IMG/VR virus record: IMGVR_UViG_3300035670_000137 | Location: 1 to 64,000 of that record | Strand: one strand, 5' to 3' | DNA length: 64,000 bases | DNA from: a virus | Shown here: one piece after another, positions 40,912 to 50,701 of the stretch | Position numbering within the stretch: the stretch's first letter is position 1 | Layout: every line of letters begins with the position of its first letter | Translations under genes and position numbers: made by a program | Notes under the pieces: model-generated | What the model was told of the DNA's origin: nothing | Database searches by the model: none | Seen by the model: the letters and a program-made list of their open reading frames with translations, nothing else

Positions 40912-41368
40912 TTTATTTCTTTCTTGGTGGGTGCGGCATTTTCAGCAATTTGCTATAGCCACTTAAATTAAAAAACAACCAAAAATAGGGGTATTTTCAA
41001 TTATTAAAAAACCTATTTTTAGCTTAAACAATAAATACAATTTGCCCCAAAAAGACAAATTATATTAAGTGTAACCGAGGTGCGAGCAGATTTAGAAAAT
41101 TTCTGAGAACATGATCTCTGGGATGAAGGTTTTCGTTTTAGAATTCGAAAAACGCTATCCCAGGAGTTCACAGAAATTTACAAATCTGCAACACCTCGGT
41201 AAAATTGAATTAAGTAATCCAATTTATATAATATTATATCATCTGCAGAAGCATAAGTCAAGGATAATTTTTTCTCAGCAGGTGAGGGGCGTTATTTATT
41301 GATAGTTATATTATACGGGTTTAAGCGATTAAAGTCAAGTGAGCTTTTGAGGTAGTGAAATTTTAGAC

Positions 41369-41397
41369 TTGAATTTATTAGCGGAATGGTGTATAAT
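41369..41397 (+). promoter_or_regulatory. Early promoter family CTTGAww-N17-TATAATAT (also 43614, 44998, 45901, 48934, 49028, 52051, 53433, 55481, 59191, 63680)
   Basis: Eleven aligned copies with 17-bp spacer. Confidence 0.8.
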
Positions 41398-41572
41398 ATA
41401 AAAATGGAGGGAGTATGTACGAGAGAAAATATGTTTCCGCTTTAGAGGATCTAATAATGGATGAGCTACTGCCTATGTATATAGTGGGCTGTAGATCTAC
41501 TGGTATTGATCCTAGGGCTAATGCAATTTTAGCAAAACTAATGGACGCTAGAAAACTACGAGAAGAAATACC

Positions 41573-41845
41573 ATGGATACTGAAGGCAGAATAGAATTTA
41601 TAGCACTACTAGACCAGGAACTGGCAGCAGTGCGAGCAATGTTAATTAAAAAGAACGAAGCATACGGCAATTCTGCTCTAAACCCTCTCCGAATTTTCGC
41701 CAAAGGCGATAGGTTGGAGGGACTTAGGGTCAGGATGGATGATAAACTTAGTCGGCTTGCCCGAGGCAATGCCGATGATGAGGACGTAGTGTTAGACCTG
41801 CTGGGCTACTTACTCATTTATAGAATCGCCCAGCAAGGTCTATGA
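41573..41845 (+). CDS. DUF1599 / nucleotide-modification-associated domain protein
   Basis: KKNEAYGNS...RMDDKLSRL...DLLGY. Confidence 0.7.
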   Translation: MDTEGRIEFIALLDQELAAVRAMLIKKNEAYGNSALNPLRIFAKGDRLEGLRVRMDDKLSRLARGNADDEDVVLDLLGYLLIYRIAQQGL

Positions 41846-41885
41846 TCGCTACGGGATCACTTTTAGTTGTCTAAGGAGACTAAAA

Positions 41886-42347
41886 ATGCGTAAAACACAA
41901 CTAATGGGAATGATTGAACTTTTAGACAGTCTGTCTGCTAATACATGGAAGCAAGTGGAAAGCTGGAAACAGAGTATTCCGAACTGGCCACCATATAATT
42001 TTAAGAAGACTGACGAAAATCATTATGTAATTGAAATGGCTGTAGCTGGCTTCGGCAGTTCAGACCTGGATATTACAATGGACAAGGATACTTTAGTAAT
42101 TAAAGGATCCATGACTCCTGACCCTAAAGTGGAGTATATTCACAAAGGTATTGCAGAACGTGCATTTGAAATGGCGTTTCCGCTGCCTAAAACTGTAGAA
42201 GTTAAAAACGCTTCTCTAGTAAATGGAATGCTGAAAGTATGGCTAGAAAACTTTGTTCCAGAGGATCAAAAGCCTCGTAAGATCGAAGTTAAGGAAGCTG
42301 TATCAGCAGATCTTAAAACTGTAGAAACGGCTAAAATAGCTGCTTAA
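41886..42347 (+). CDS. Small heat shock protein (Hsp20, IbpA-like)
   Basis: WPPYN...IEMAVAGF...HKGIAERAF...ASLVNGML. Confidence 0.9.
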   Translation: MRKTQLMGMIELLDSLSANTWKQVESWKQSIPNWPPYNFKKTDENHYVIEMAVAGFGSSDLDITMDKDTLVIKGSMTPDPKVEYIHKGIAERAFEMAFPLPKTVEVKNASLVNGMLKVWLENFVPEDQKPRKIEVKEAVSADLKTVETAKIAA

Positions 42348-43006
42348 GCAGGAGCGGGGGCTTTTGCCCCCGTTTTTATATGATAATAAAGACTATACAA
42401 ACTTATACTATTGAATACGAAGTTCCTGATACGGAACTAATGCGATTTGAACGTTGTCTAGCAGAAGGCGACGATATTAGTGATTATGAAGTTAACCAGG
42501 AGTTCTTAGGTGAGCACATCGTCCACAGAGAGAGAACTATCTCCGGACAGGCCTCTAGTTGGCCTTTTAGTTAAAGAAGTAATGAAACATTTAGATAATA
42601 ACGAAGAAGCAGCATACCGCATATGGTTACTGCTTAGTACCAAATTTGGAGCAGGACAGAAACTGTGGCACTAGTAGAAGAACTTTATCGTACTAACCGC
42701 AGTATTAGAACTGCCTGTGAGAACCTGGGTATCGAATTTGAAGCAGATATGTTAGAGGATCTAGAGCAGTGCTCGCACTGCAATATCTGGTATCATAGCT
42801 TTGAATTACTACCCGATTTAGACGACAATAATATTTGTAAGTTTTGTGAAAGCTATTATGGATTATGATACTAAAAGAATTTAATATACAGTTAAGAGAA
42901 AATGAAGTTAAAGTCCTAGTAGATATTTTAGGTGATTTACCAACTAAAATTGGTGTATATAATATACTTTCTAAAATTGTAGGGCAAGTTAATCTTCAAA
43001 TAGAAA

Positions 43007-43612
43007 ATGAAAAACGAGAACAAGACGATCCTGAGCCTGTTTGATTATTCTGGAAGGTGGAGTCGACCCTATAAAGAGCTAGGCTACGAAGTGTACCAGG
43101 TTGATATTAAATTAGGTATTGACATTCTAGAACTAGATGTTAAAGATATGCCCTTCGATTCTTTGCACGGTATTCTAGCGGCTCCACCTTGTACTGACTT
43201 CGCGTCCAGCGGAGCGCAATATTGGAAAGTGAAAGATGCAGATGGAAGAACAGACGCTTCGTTGGCTTTGGTCGACAAAGTACTCGAATTTGTGGACTAC
43301 TACAACCCTAAATTCTGGGTACTGGAAAATCCTGTGGGAAGATTACCGAAACTCCGTGGACAATTGGGGAGTCCCTGGTACTTCAACCCCAACGAGTTCG
43401 CTGGTTGGCTCGAGGGCGAGGAATCAGAGGCAGAGCGATATACAAAAAAGACTGGTCTCTGGGGTAGATTTAACAAACCTGAAAGAAGAAGTCTTGAGGT
43501 TACGGGCGCTTCTTGGATAATGAAGCTAGGCGGCAAATCGGAGCGAACTAAAGAACTCCGATCAATGACTCCGTTAGGCTTTGCCTATGCTTTTTGCGCT
43601 GCAAATCCTTGA
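43007..43612 (+). CDS. C5-cytosine DNA methyltransferase (compact phage type)
   Basis: LSLFDYSG, AAPPCTDF, LENPVGR. Confidence 0.8.
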   Translation: MKNENKTILSLFDYSGRWSRPYKELGYEVYQVDIKLGIDILELDVKDMPFDSLHGILAAPPCTDFASSGAQYWKVKDADGRTDASLALVDKVLEFVDYYNPKFWVLENPVGRLPKLRGQLGSPWYFNPNEFAGWLEGEESEAERYTKKTGLWGRFNKPERRSLEVTGASWIMKLGGKSERTKELRSMTPLGFAYAFCAANP

Positions 43613-43663
43613 CTTGATTTCTTAGCCTAGTCTTGCTATAATATTATTTCTGAGTCGGACAAA

Positions 43664-43739
43664 GCCCCGATAGTCTAGTGGATGAGGCAACGGTCTTCTA
43701 AACCGTTCTAGGTTGGTTCGAATCCAACTCGGGGTGCCA
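43664..43739 (+). tRNA. tRNA-Arg(TCT)
   Basis: Cloverleaf with CCA. Confidence 0.93.
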
Positions 43740-44234
43740 AATAAGGAGAAAGCATGTTTGATTTTAATTCGATCTATCGTGTAGAGTTTAGTGATCATGC
43801 AGTTCGTAATATGCTAGAAACTTTGGGTAAGGTATATGATCCTAAAGTGTTATATGACTTCTTTGATATGTTTGCAGGACAGGATAGTTTAAATGGATAC
43901 TCTCTCTAAAGCTATCCAGTTCGTAATGGAGTTCTATAAGATAGATTACGATACTGCTGTAAAGTATTACATGGATGAAATTGAAGCCTACATTAGAATA
44001 TTGAATTGGGAATATGATGAGCGAGCGAATTAAGGAACTTATAGCCCAGGCTATGATTGAAGCTCCACACGAAATGGGCGGCAAGTATAAGGCATTCAGT
44101 AAAGAGAAGTTCGCAGAGTTGATTATTAAAGAATGCGTCCATATCGCTAACGAATATGTTAGGGAAGGTGGTGCCAGTCAAACTGCTGAATCTCTGATTG
44201 GTAAACGAATTAAAGAACACTTTGGAGTAAAATA

Positions 44235-44576
44235 ATGTACGAGTATTATCCAGATCGCTGGGTAATTGTTAAACTCACCAATAAAAAAGGCATTAGCCAT
44301 AATCGTGTATTTGCAGGTTGGTATGGCGGATATACTGGTGGTGATTCCTGGAAGCTAAATTCAGGTATTGTTGCTGAAGAAGTTACAGAAGATTATTACG
44401 ATTTTGTTGGTGATAGCGGAAGTGTTTATCGCTGCTATAAAAATGCTTACGGTATGTCAGGATATATGGCAAGCGTATTAGCTAATTGGCAAAGCGAGGA
44501 AAACCCTACAGTAACTATTGAAATATATGGAGGAAAATATGAAGCGGAATGTTTACGCCAAGGAAGTAAGAACTAA
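44235..44576 (+). CDS. Conserved phage hypothetical protein
   Basis: PDRWV...GWYGGYTGGDSWKLNSGI. Confidence 0.65.
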   Translation: MYEYYPDRWVIVKLTNKKGISHNRVFAGWYGGYTGGDSWKLNSGIVAEEVTEDYYDFVGDSGSVYRCYKNAYGMSGYMASVLANWQSEENPTVTIEIYGGKYEAECLRQGSKN

Positions 44577-44667
44577 TCCGCTATATCGTATGAGGATTGT
44601 TAAGAGCAAGAAGTGTTTTAAGCGTCATGAAAAGCATAGGACTAATCATGCTCAAGCAGTTGAATGA
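44539..44667 (+). CDS. ArfA-like small basic protein (42 aa, not in ORF track)
   Basis: GGAGG SD; MKRNVYAKEVRTNPLYRMRIVKSKKCFKRHEKH aligns by eye to ArfA (N..A...PLFRQRV.K.KK...R..KH). Confidence 0.55.
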   Translation: MKRNVYAKEVRTNPLYRMRIVKSKKCFKRHEKHRTNHAQAVE

Positions 44668-46111
44668 TCGTCGTGCAGAAAACTTAGAGTTCCGGTTAGA
44701 CCAAGCTTATAGAGTAATAAACGAACTAATCGGTGCTCTAACTTGTCCACATGAAGAACTAAGAATGCTAGCTCGAGATGTAGCAGTTAGCTATATGGAG
44801 AGTGTAAATGAAAGCCAAACTGTTAGCCAAACTAGAAAGTGAATTGCTTAGGTACAACAAACTGCGTCAAGAACTAATTAGTATCAATTGGATTCGTAAC
44901 AAAAAAGAAGTAGATCGTGTAGTAGCTTTGCTGTATGAATCAAATAAGTTAATTGCTCAGTACAGAGCAGATTATAATGAGTTTATGAATTCTGATCTTG
45001 AATCACTGAGTTAAAGCCTGTATAATATTATTCATACGATGAGGGAACGCAGCCGACTCCGACATTCAAAGGACACGGAAAGCGTCGCAAGGCAAGTACG
45101 TCATCGGACATACCATGAGTTTTTAAGTCCAAGTTCTCAGAAAAACTTTTTAGTACTGACCTAGCTAACCACAATCCTGGACGCCAGGCGGCGGGAAGAG
45201 TCCAGTGGTCTTATAAACATGAGTTCCCGAACCTCAGAAAATCGGATAAGAGAGCATCACTAGAGTAAAGCGCGTATTCATCGTGAGCGACTCAACATGA
45301 CGGTGTGGAGAGACCACTGCCGAGTCTAGACAGAAAAATCAATAGGACGGTCAAGCACTCCTATCTCTGTTAGCAAGCCGAGCGAAACTTGACACGTTGC
45401 TGGCGTTCTAAATCGACCTTATAAATTTAGCGGATACGGGCTTCACGATACGAAGCCCCTTTAGTAAGTATAGTGTAAAGCGCGAGGATGTCGCGGTTAG
45501 TTGCAGCTAGCGAGGTAATTCACCTGCAAGTGTTTACTGACTTTTCACTGTACTTTCTAAAGGAGGTTAAGTATGCGATCATATGCAGTTATTTGTAAGA
45601 TTAATTGGGAAGTAATTGGTGAAGTATATGCAGCAACATATAACCAAGCACTGACCCTAGCCCGCAACAAGTTTTACTGGACTGAAGTGGCTGTAGCACT
45701 TGATTGTCCGGATTCACTCACTTTGGATGCAGCATGAACGAGTCTATTTCTTTGCACATAATTGTAACACCTCTCGACAATGGCGATTTTAGGATCTATT
45801 CGAAAGAGTGCAATGCTGAGTATGTAGTAAATAAAAACCAGGTGGAAAGAGAAGTAGGTTCTCTTGCTAAGTTCTGGTGGGCGGCACAAGAAATTTCATC
45901 TTGATTTTTCTTAGCGAACCGCGTATAATATTAAAATGATGTGAGAGAACGCAAGGGGAAACAATCGCGATGAGTACCCTTGCCGGCTCTTTGAAGATAA
46001 TTTAATGCAGTTCACTTGGTGTTCCTAGTGTTCAATCGGGAATATAAGAACTTAATTGGGACTGAAATATAGGCTACGGTTCCAGCCAAGTATACTGCCT
46101 TAAGTTATTTT

Positions 46112-46196
46112 GGGTGATCGGCAGAGTTGGAGGGCTGCGGCGGGCTGTAACCCCGTAACCACTGGTTAGTAGGTTCGAATCCTTCATCACCCACCA
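46112..46196 (+). tRNA. tRNA-Tyr(GTA)
   Basis: Cloverleaf, long variable arm, CCA. Confidence 0.9.
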
Positions 46197-46202
46197 ATCA
46201 AC

Positions 46203-46278
46203 GGAGCACTCGTCTATCGGTTTAGGACATCGCCCTTTCACGGCGGGAAGAGGAGTTCGATTCTCCTGTGCTCTACCA
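46203..46278 (+). tRNA. tRNA-Glu(TTC)
   Basis: Cloverleaf, CCA. Confidence 0.92.
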
Positions 46279-46561
46279 GTCAAGGAAAGCAAATGGATTA
46301 CTATATTGTATATAATTCAGACGGAAGAATAGTACAGAAGTTTGCTTTCCGTTCCAGTTTATCAGAATATATGAAGACCGCATATGATATGGGTAATAAG
46401 GTTACATATCGCAGATTTAAACTTTAGTAGAATAGGGGACACCTGGCGCTGTGCGAATCCCCCGCATGAAGTAGCCACCTAAATTACATAGACAATTTGA
46501 GTAATCAGACCGATCTAGTAGTCTTAGATGCCTAGGTCGCCGGACGCTGTAACCGGCTAAG

Positions 46562-46740
46562 TATATTTAGAAGGCCTGTTCCAGATGGTTGGAGTTAATC
46601 GTACTAGCCGGCCAGCTAGTAAGTGTCTTAGTGGTTTCTGTGACCGAGATCGCAAATCGGTACATCCATACTGAAGTCTGCAGCTTTACAGATGACACGA
46701 GATTAATGAGGTTCGACTCCTCACGGGCCTTCTAAGTATA
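46562..46740 (+). ncRNA. tRNA-like ncRNA with expanded anticodon arm, no CCA
   Basis: Long terminal stem, D-like hairpin, TGAGG-TTCGACT-CCTCA T arm. Confidence 0.6.
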
Positions 46741-46908
46741 TTTAAGGAATTAAAATGTCAGCAGACGACTTAATTATTATTTACAGGTGGGCAGATGGTA
46801 CATGGTGCGAGCCAGAAGAACTAGAAGATATGCTAACCTGGAAAAGTGATGACTTCGAAGTATTATCACTAACACTTGAAGAATTTCAAGACTTATTGTA
46901 AAGAATAC

Positions 46909-46991
46909 GGGCGAGTGGCGTAATTGGTAGCCGCGCTGGTCTTAGAAGCCAGTCCTTCGGGGTGAGAGTTCGAGTCTCTCCTCGCCCACCA
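46909..46991 (+). tRNA. tRNA-Leu(TAG)
   Basis: Cloverleaf, CCA. Confidence 0.93.
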
Positions 46992-47220
46992 AATCTATAT
47001 GAAAACATACGAATATACTCTAACATACTTAAAAGCAAATAAAGAAAGAACTAGATATATTGCTGGTTCTGAGGGTAAATATGTTCAGATAATGCAACAT
47101 ACCCTTGATGTAGTGGCGTACATATATGAAAAGCAACCTATAGATGTACTAAACGATTTTGCAGATGTTAAATTAGATAAATAATGGCCGAGTGGTGAAA
47201 TTGGTATACACAAGGGACTT

Positions 47221-47880
47221 AATTAAATTTGAGCACTAAGATAGGAATATTTTATGTGAATGTTGTCAAATTCGGTGAAAGCTAAGTCGAAAGATATGCT
47301 AATACCGAGCCAAGCTTGAGGTTGTATATGGGTTATGAAACTAAGTACGCTAACTGGAAAGAATTGGTAATTGAAGCTTCACAAACTACTAATTCAGCTA
47401 CAGAAGCAGCAGCTAAGTTAGATATTAAATACGATACTTATAAGAAGTATGCAATTAAGTATGGAGTATTTAAAACTAATCAAGCTGGTATAGGGGTTTC
47501 CAAACCTAAGCAGGATAATATAGGAAAAATACCGTTAATTGATATTTTGGAAGGAAAACACCCTCAATATCAGTCCAATAAACTAAGGCTTCGACTACTG
47601 TCGGAAAAGGTATTTATACATAGATGCAGTGGTTGTGATCTAGAACTATGGTTGGGTAATCCAATACCATTAGAGCTAGATCATATTGATGGTAATTCAT
47701 CTAATCACCTATTAGAGAATTTAAGACTACTGTGCCCTAATTGTCATGCTCTAACCTCTACATATAGAGGTAGAAATAAACTTCAAGAAGGTGTAGAGAC
47801 TAGATGGCAACCATCCAGACCGGATGAAGGTATAGTCCAGACCACGAAATGAACAGTGTAGTGAAAACTATAGTGGTATG
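47221..47880 (+). mobile_element. Group I intron
   Basis: P AAATTCGGTGAAA, Q AATACCGAGC, R GTAGAGACTA, S AAGGTATAGTCC; exon ends in U, intron ends in G. Confidence 0.9.
47328..47852 (+). CDS. Intron-encoded HNH homing endonuclease
   Basis: CSGC...LELDHIDGNSSNH..ENLRLLCPNCH. Confidence 0.9.
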   Translation: MGYETKYANWKELVIEASQTTNSATEAAAKLDIKYDTYKKYAIKYGVFKTNQAGIGVSKPKQDNIGKIPLIDILEGKHPQYQSNKLRLRLLSEKVFIHRCSGCDLELWLGNPIPLELDHIDGNSSNHLLENLRLLCPNCHALTSTYRGRNKLQEGVETRWQPSRPDEGIVQTTK

Positions 47881-47938
47881 AAAATCCCTCGCTTATGGCA
47901 TGCCGGTTCAAGTCCGGCCTCGGCTACCAGGAGATAAA

Positions 47939-48163
47939 ATGAAAGTACGTGTTGATCTTGATAGTTGTACGCAATTCTATATGCAGGATGAGGAAGTACT
48001 CTCTATTCTAGATCCTGATGGTTATTACAAGACTATTGAAGTACCATTTACCCTAGTCGCTGAATATCGCAGACTAGCTGAAGAAAACGATAAGATGCAA
48101 GCAATTCTAAAGAAGATCTATTATGAAAATTTCCGAGCTGATCTCAAAACTGCAGCAGCTTAA
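47939..48163 (+). CDS. Hypothetical protein
   Basis: AGGAG SD, open frame. Confidence 0.55.
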   Translation: MKVRVDLDSCTQFYMQDEEVLSILDPDGYYKTIEVPFTLVAEYRRLAEENDKMQAILKKIYYENFRADLKTAAA

Positions 48164-48325
48164 TCACGATCATTGGGCTGCAATGAAACAAGTAACTCCA
48201 ATGGGTCACCAAATTCCAGAGCCTGATATTTATGTAGAGCAGTGGGATGGGGTAGAAGGATTTCAAGGTTTCACTAAAGAAATCGACGTAATCCTAGACC
48301 TGGGCACTGGAGTACAGATTATTCC

Positions 48326-48335
<10 letters not shown>
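48123..48335 (+). CDS. Hypothetical protein (stop inside tRNA)
   Basis: ORF track. Confidence 0.55.
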
Positions 48336-48402
<67 letters not shown>

Positions 48403-48422
48403 GATAAAGAAAGGGGCATAGT

Positions 48423-48950
48423 ATGGCAAATATATTCTTTGCCTCAGATCATCACCTGGGGCATGAAAACATGCTCAAGTTTAAGAGAAATGATGATAGT
48501 CCACTAAGGGATTTTTCACACGTCGATCATATGAATGAATATATCATAGAACGACATAATGCTAGAGTTAGACCAGGTGATAAAACCTACTTTCTAGGTG
48601 ATGTAGTTATGTCACATAAGTGGCTATATCTCCTAGATAGAATGAATGGTGAGAAGGTACTGATTAAAGGAAACCACGATACTGCTAAACTATCTCAGTA
48701 TACTCCTTATTTCAAGGATATTCGCGGTAGTCATCAGTTTTCTGGCATTATAATGACTCACATACCAATTCATTCTGAGTGTCTAGCTAGATGGGGTGTT
48801 AATATTCATGGGCATCTACACTACCATAAAATTATGGATCAGTATGGTAGACCAGATAAGCGTTATTACAACGTAAGTATGGAATGCCTAAAAGATTATA
48901 CACCGATCAGCTTAGAGGAAATAAAATCTGAACTTGATCTCATGGCTTAA
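48423..48950 (+). CDS. Calcineurin-like metallophosphoesterase
   Basis: SDHH.GH, LGD, GNHD, HGHLH. Confidence 0.9.
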   Translation: MANIFFASDHHLGHENMLKFKRNDDSPLRDFSHVDHMNEYIIERHNARVRPGDKTYFLGDVVMSHKWLYLLDRMNGEKVLIKGNHDTAKLSQYTPYFKDIRGSHQFSGIIMTHIPIHSECLARWGVNIHGHLHYHKIMDQYGRPDKRYYNVSMECLKDYTPISLEEIKSELDLMA

Positions 48951-49060
48951 TCTTGCTATAATATTATTTCTGAAGTGCGGAAGGCAATATGAATGAGATA
49001 CTTCGTTAGGCATTCCAAATTTCAGACTTGATTTTGTTAATCGAAGCCTGTATAATATTC

Positions 49061-50470
49061 ATATACACTGAGGAAAGCGAATAGCGCTTAACGACGGTTA
49101 AGCTACTCGGGCGCAAACGGCGGGTGACGCGTCCTGATATAATCAGACCTCCGCTACGGACAGTTAGCTGCTGACTCCCAAATTGGTCACTTAGTGTATA
49201 ACTTAGTAGTGTGGACTAGTGCGAAGCAGGTATGAAGTGAGGCTCAGGCGGAACGGAGTCTGTGAACCGGAGTGAAGCATACTAAGATAGCTTTATTAGG
49301 GAGCTTAATATCCTAGTACGGTGGTAGTAGTCGGAACTACTCCAACGCTTGAAGGTAAGTGCTTGCAGAACTGGTGTGACAATCGGTCAATATTCTGCAT
49401 AAACCTTCATTAGTTAGTACGATAAGCCTGTTGGGGTATTCAGAATATCCCGTTCAAAAGGTTCAAATCCTGGTTAAGCATGGCGTGCTGAACAGGGCAA
49501 GATAAACTAACTAATATAAACCTACTGATGATCTGAGGTGGTAACTCAGTGAAACGGCAGACAATCTAGCGAATAGTCGCGAACTACTCAATATAGTTCC
49601 CTACATAGCGGTCTGTCCGTATAGGTAAACCAAGAAGTGTGGATAACTGCCATGCCACTAGCGAGGAAGTCAACGCTCCTCAATATATGACAACGATAGT
49701 ACGTTGCATTGACCCAAGGGTTAGGGGCTATAGTTCAAAATGGCCTGTCTTACTTAACCCGATCCCTATCGGCATATGTTGCAGAATAATATAGAACCTT
49801 GGTAAAACGGGTTGTGCTATCCGGCCTATAGAAATAAGAGGATAGCATTGGTGAGTACTATAAGTTCGCAAATGTTCCTATAGTAAAGGACGATTGGAAA
49901 TCGACCACCTGGTCATAAGAGCCGAGACCTTATAAATAGGCAGTTTCCGTGGCTTGAAGCGGATTAGAGTGGGTATTGAGAGTACAGACACTATAAACAA
50001 GCAACTCTCTAGTGGTGCAACCCACTATTGAAAAACTAATAGTGCAACATTACGGAATTTAAGCACTTTAATCCTAGAAATTCCTAGGCCATGCCACAAG
50101 CCGAATATAACTGTAGATTGCTTGAGTCACCCGTACTCAGACACACACGGTAGGATACTGTCGACGTCCCGTAGAGAAGAGTTTTAAACTAGTAGTGTTT
50201 CTGCTTCTATCTGACTACGAAAAACGGTAAATCAGTTTCAGATAACGTGTAACTCCGTATGAAACGTCTATTAGATGCCTTTGTACTTTGAGCATTAATC
50301 AAATGTTGACTAGCCTGACGCTGGCTACGAGTCCCGTAAGGACAGTACGTAGTGATGGGATCCTGACCAAGTCACTAAAATCTTGTGGTAAGGGGCAAAG
50401 GCTGGATATTCGTATCCGGCCTTTGTTTTCTCTAGGTATTATTAGTTTAGTACCTAGAGAAAACAAAGGA
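49061..50470 (+). ncRNA. About 1.4 kb structured non-coding transcript(s)
   Basis: Own promoter, no plausible ORF, serial stem-closed domains. Confidence 0.7.
49520..49626 (+). ncRNA. Hammerhead-like ribozyme (type I)
   Basis: ACCTA-CTGATGA-stem II-GAAA-stem III-GTA-TAGGT. Confidence 0.65.
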
Positions 50471-50701
50471 GAGCCTAAATGATTGAATGCATGAACGCTA
50501 AAGAATATATTACTTTCGACCCTAAATTGCAAGAACACCTCCAGGCTTACTACACTCTCCACTATCGTGGAAAGCAGAGTAATCTGAGATTTCGCTTGGA
50601 GAAACCCTTTACTAACGTAGTTGCTATGATGCAGCATAAGATCTGCGAAATGCAACTGCAGCAATCCATTAAAGGATTTGCACTCGACCTGAGGTATTAA
50701 T

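Larger units (their letters stand above)
47186..47929 (+). tRNA. tRNA-Leu(TAA) split by a group I intron (exons 47186-47220, 47881-47929)
   Basis: Joining exons gives AGGGA-CTTAAAA-TCCCT anticodon arm and a full cloverleaf. Confidence 0.9.

Noticed and set aside
48970-49027. Fifth Y RNA (contains AGATACTTC after its own promoter)
   Set aside because: Lacks the GCTGC and TTTCT parts of the module; too short to support
49240-49262. SRP RNA domain IV resemblance
   Set aside because: Lacks the GGAA tetraloop/AGCAG symmetric loop
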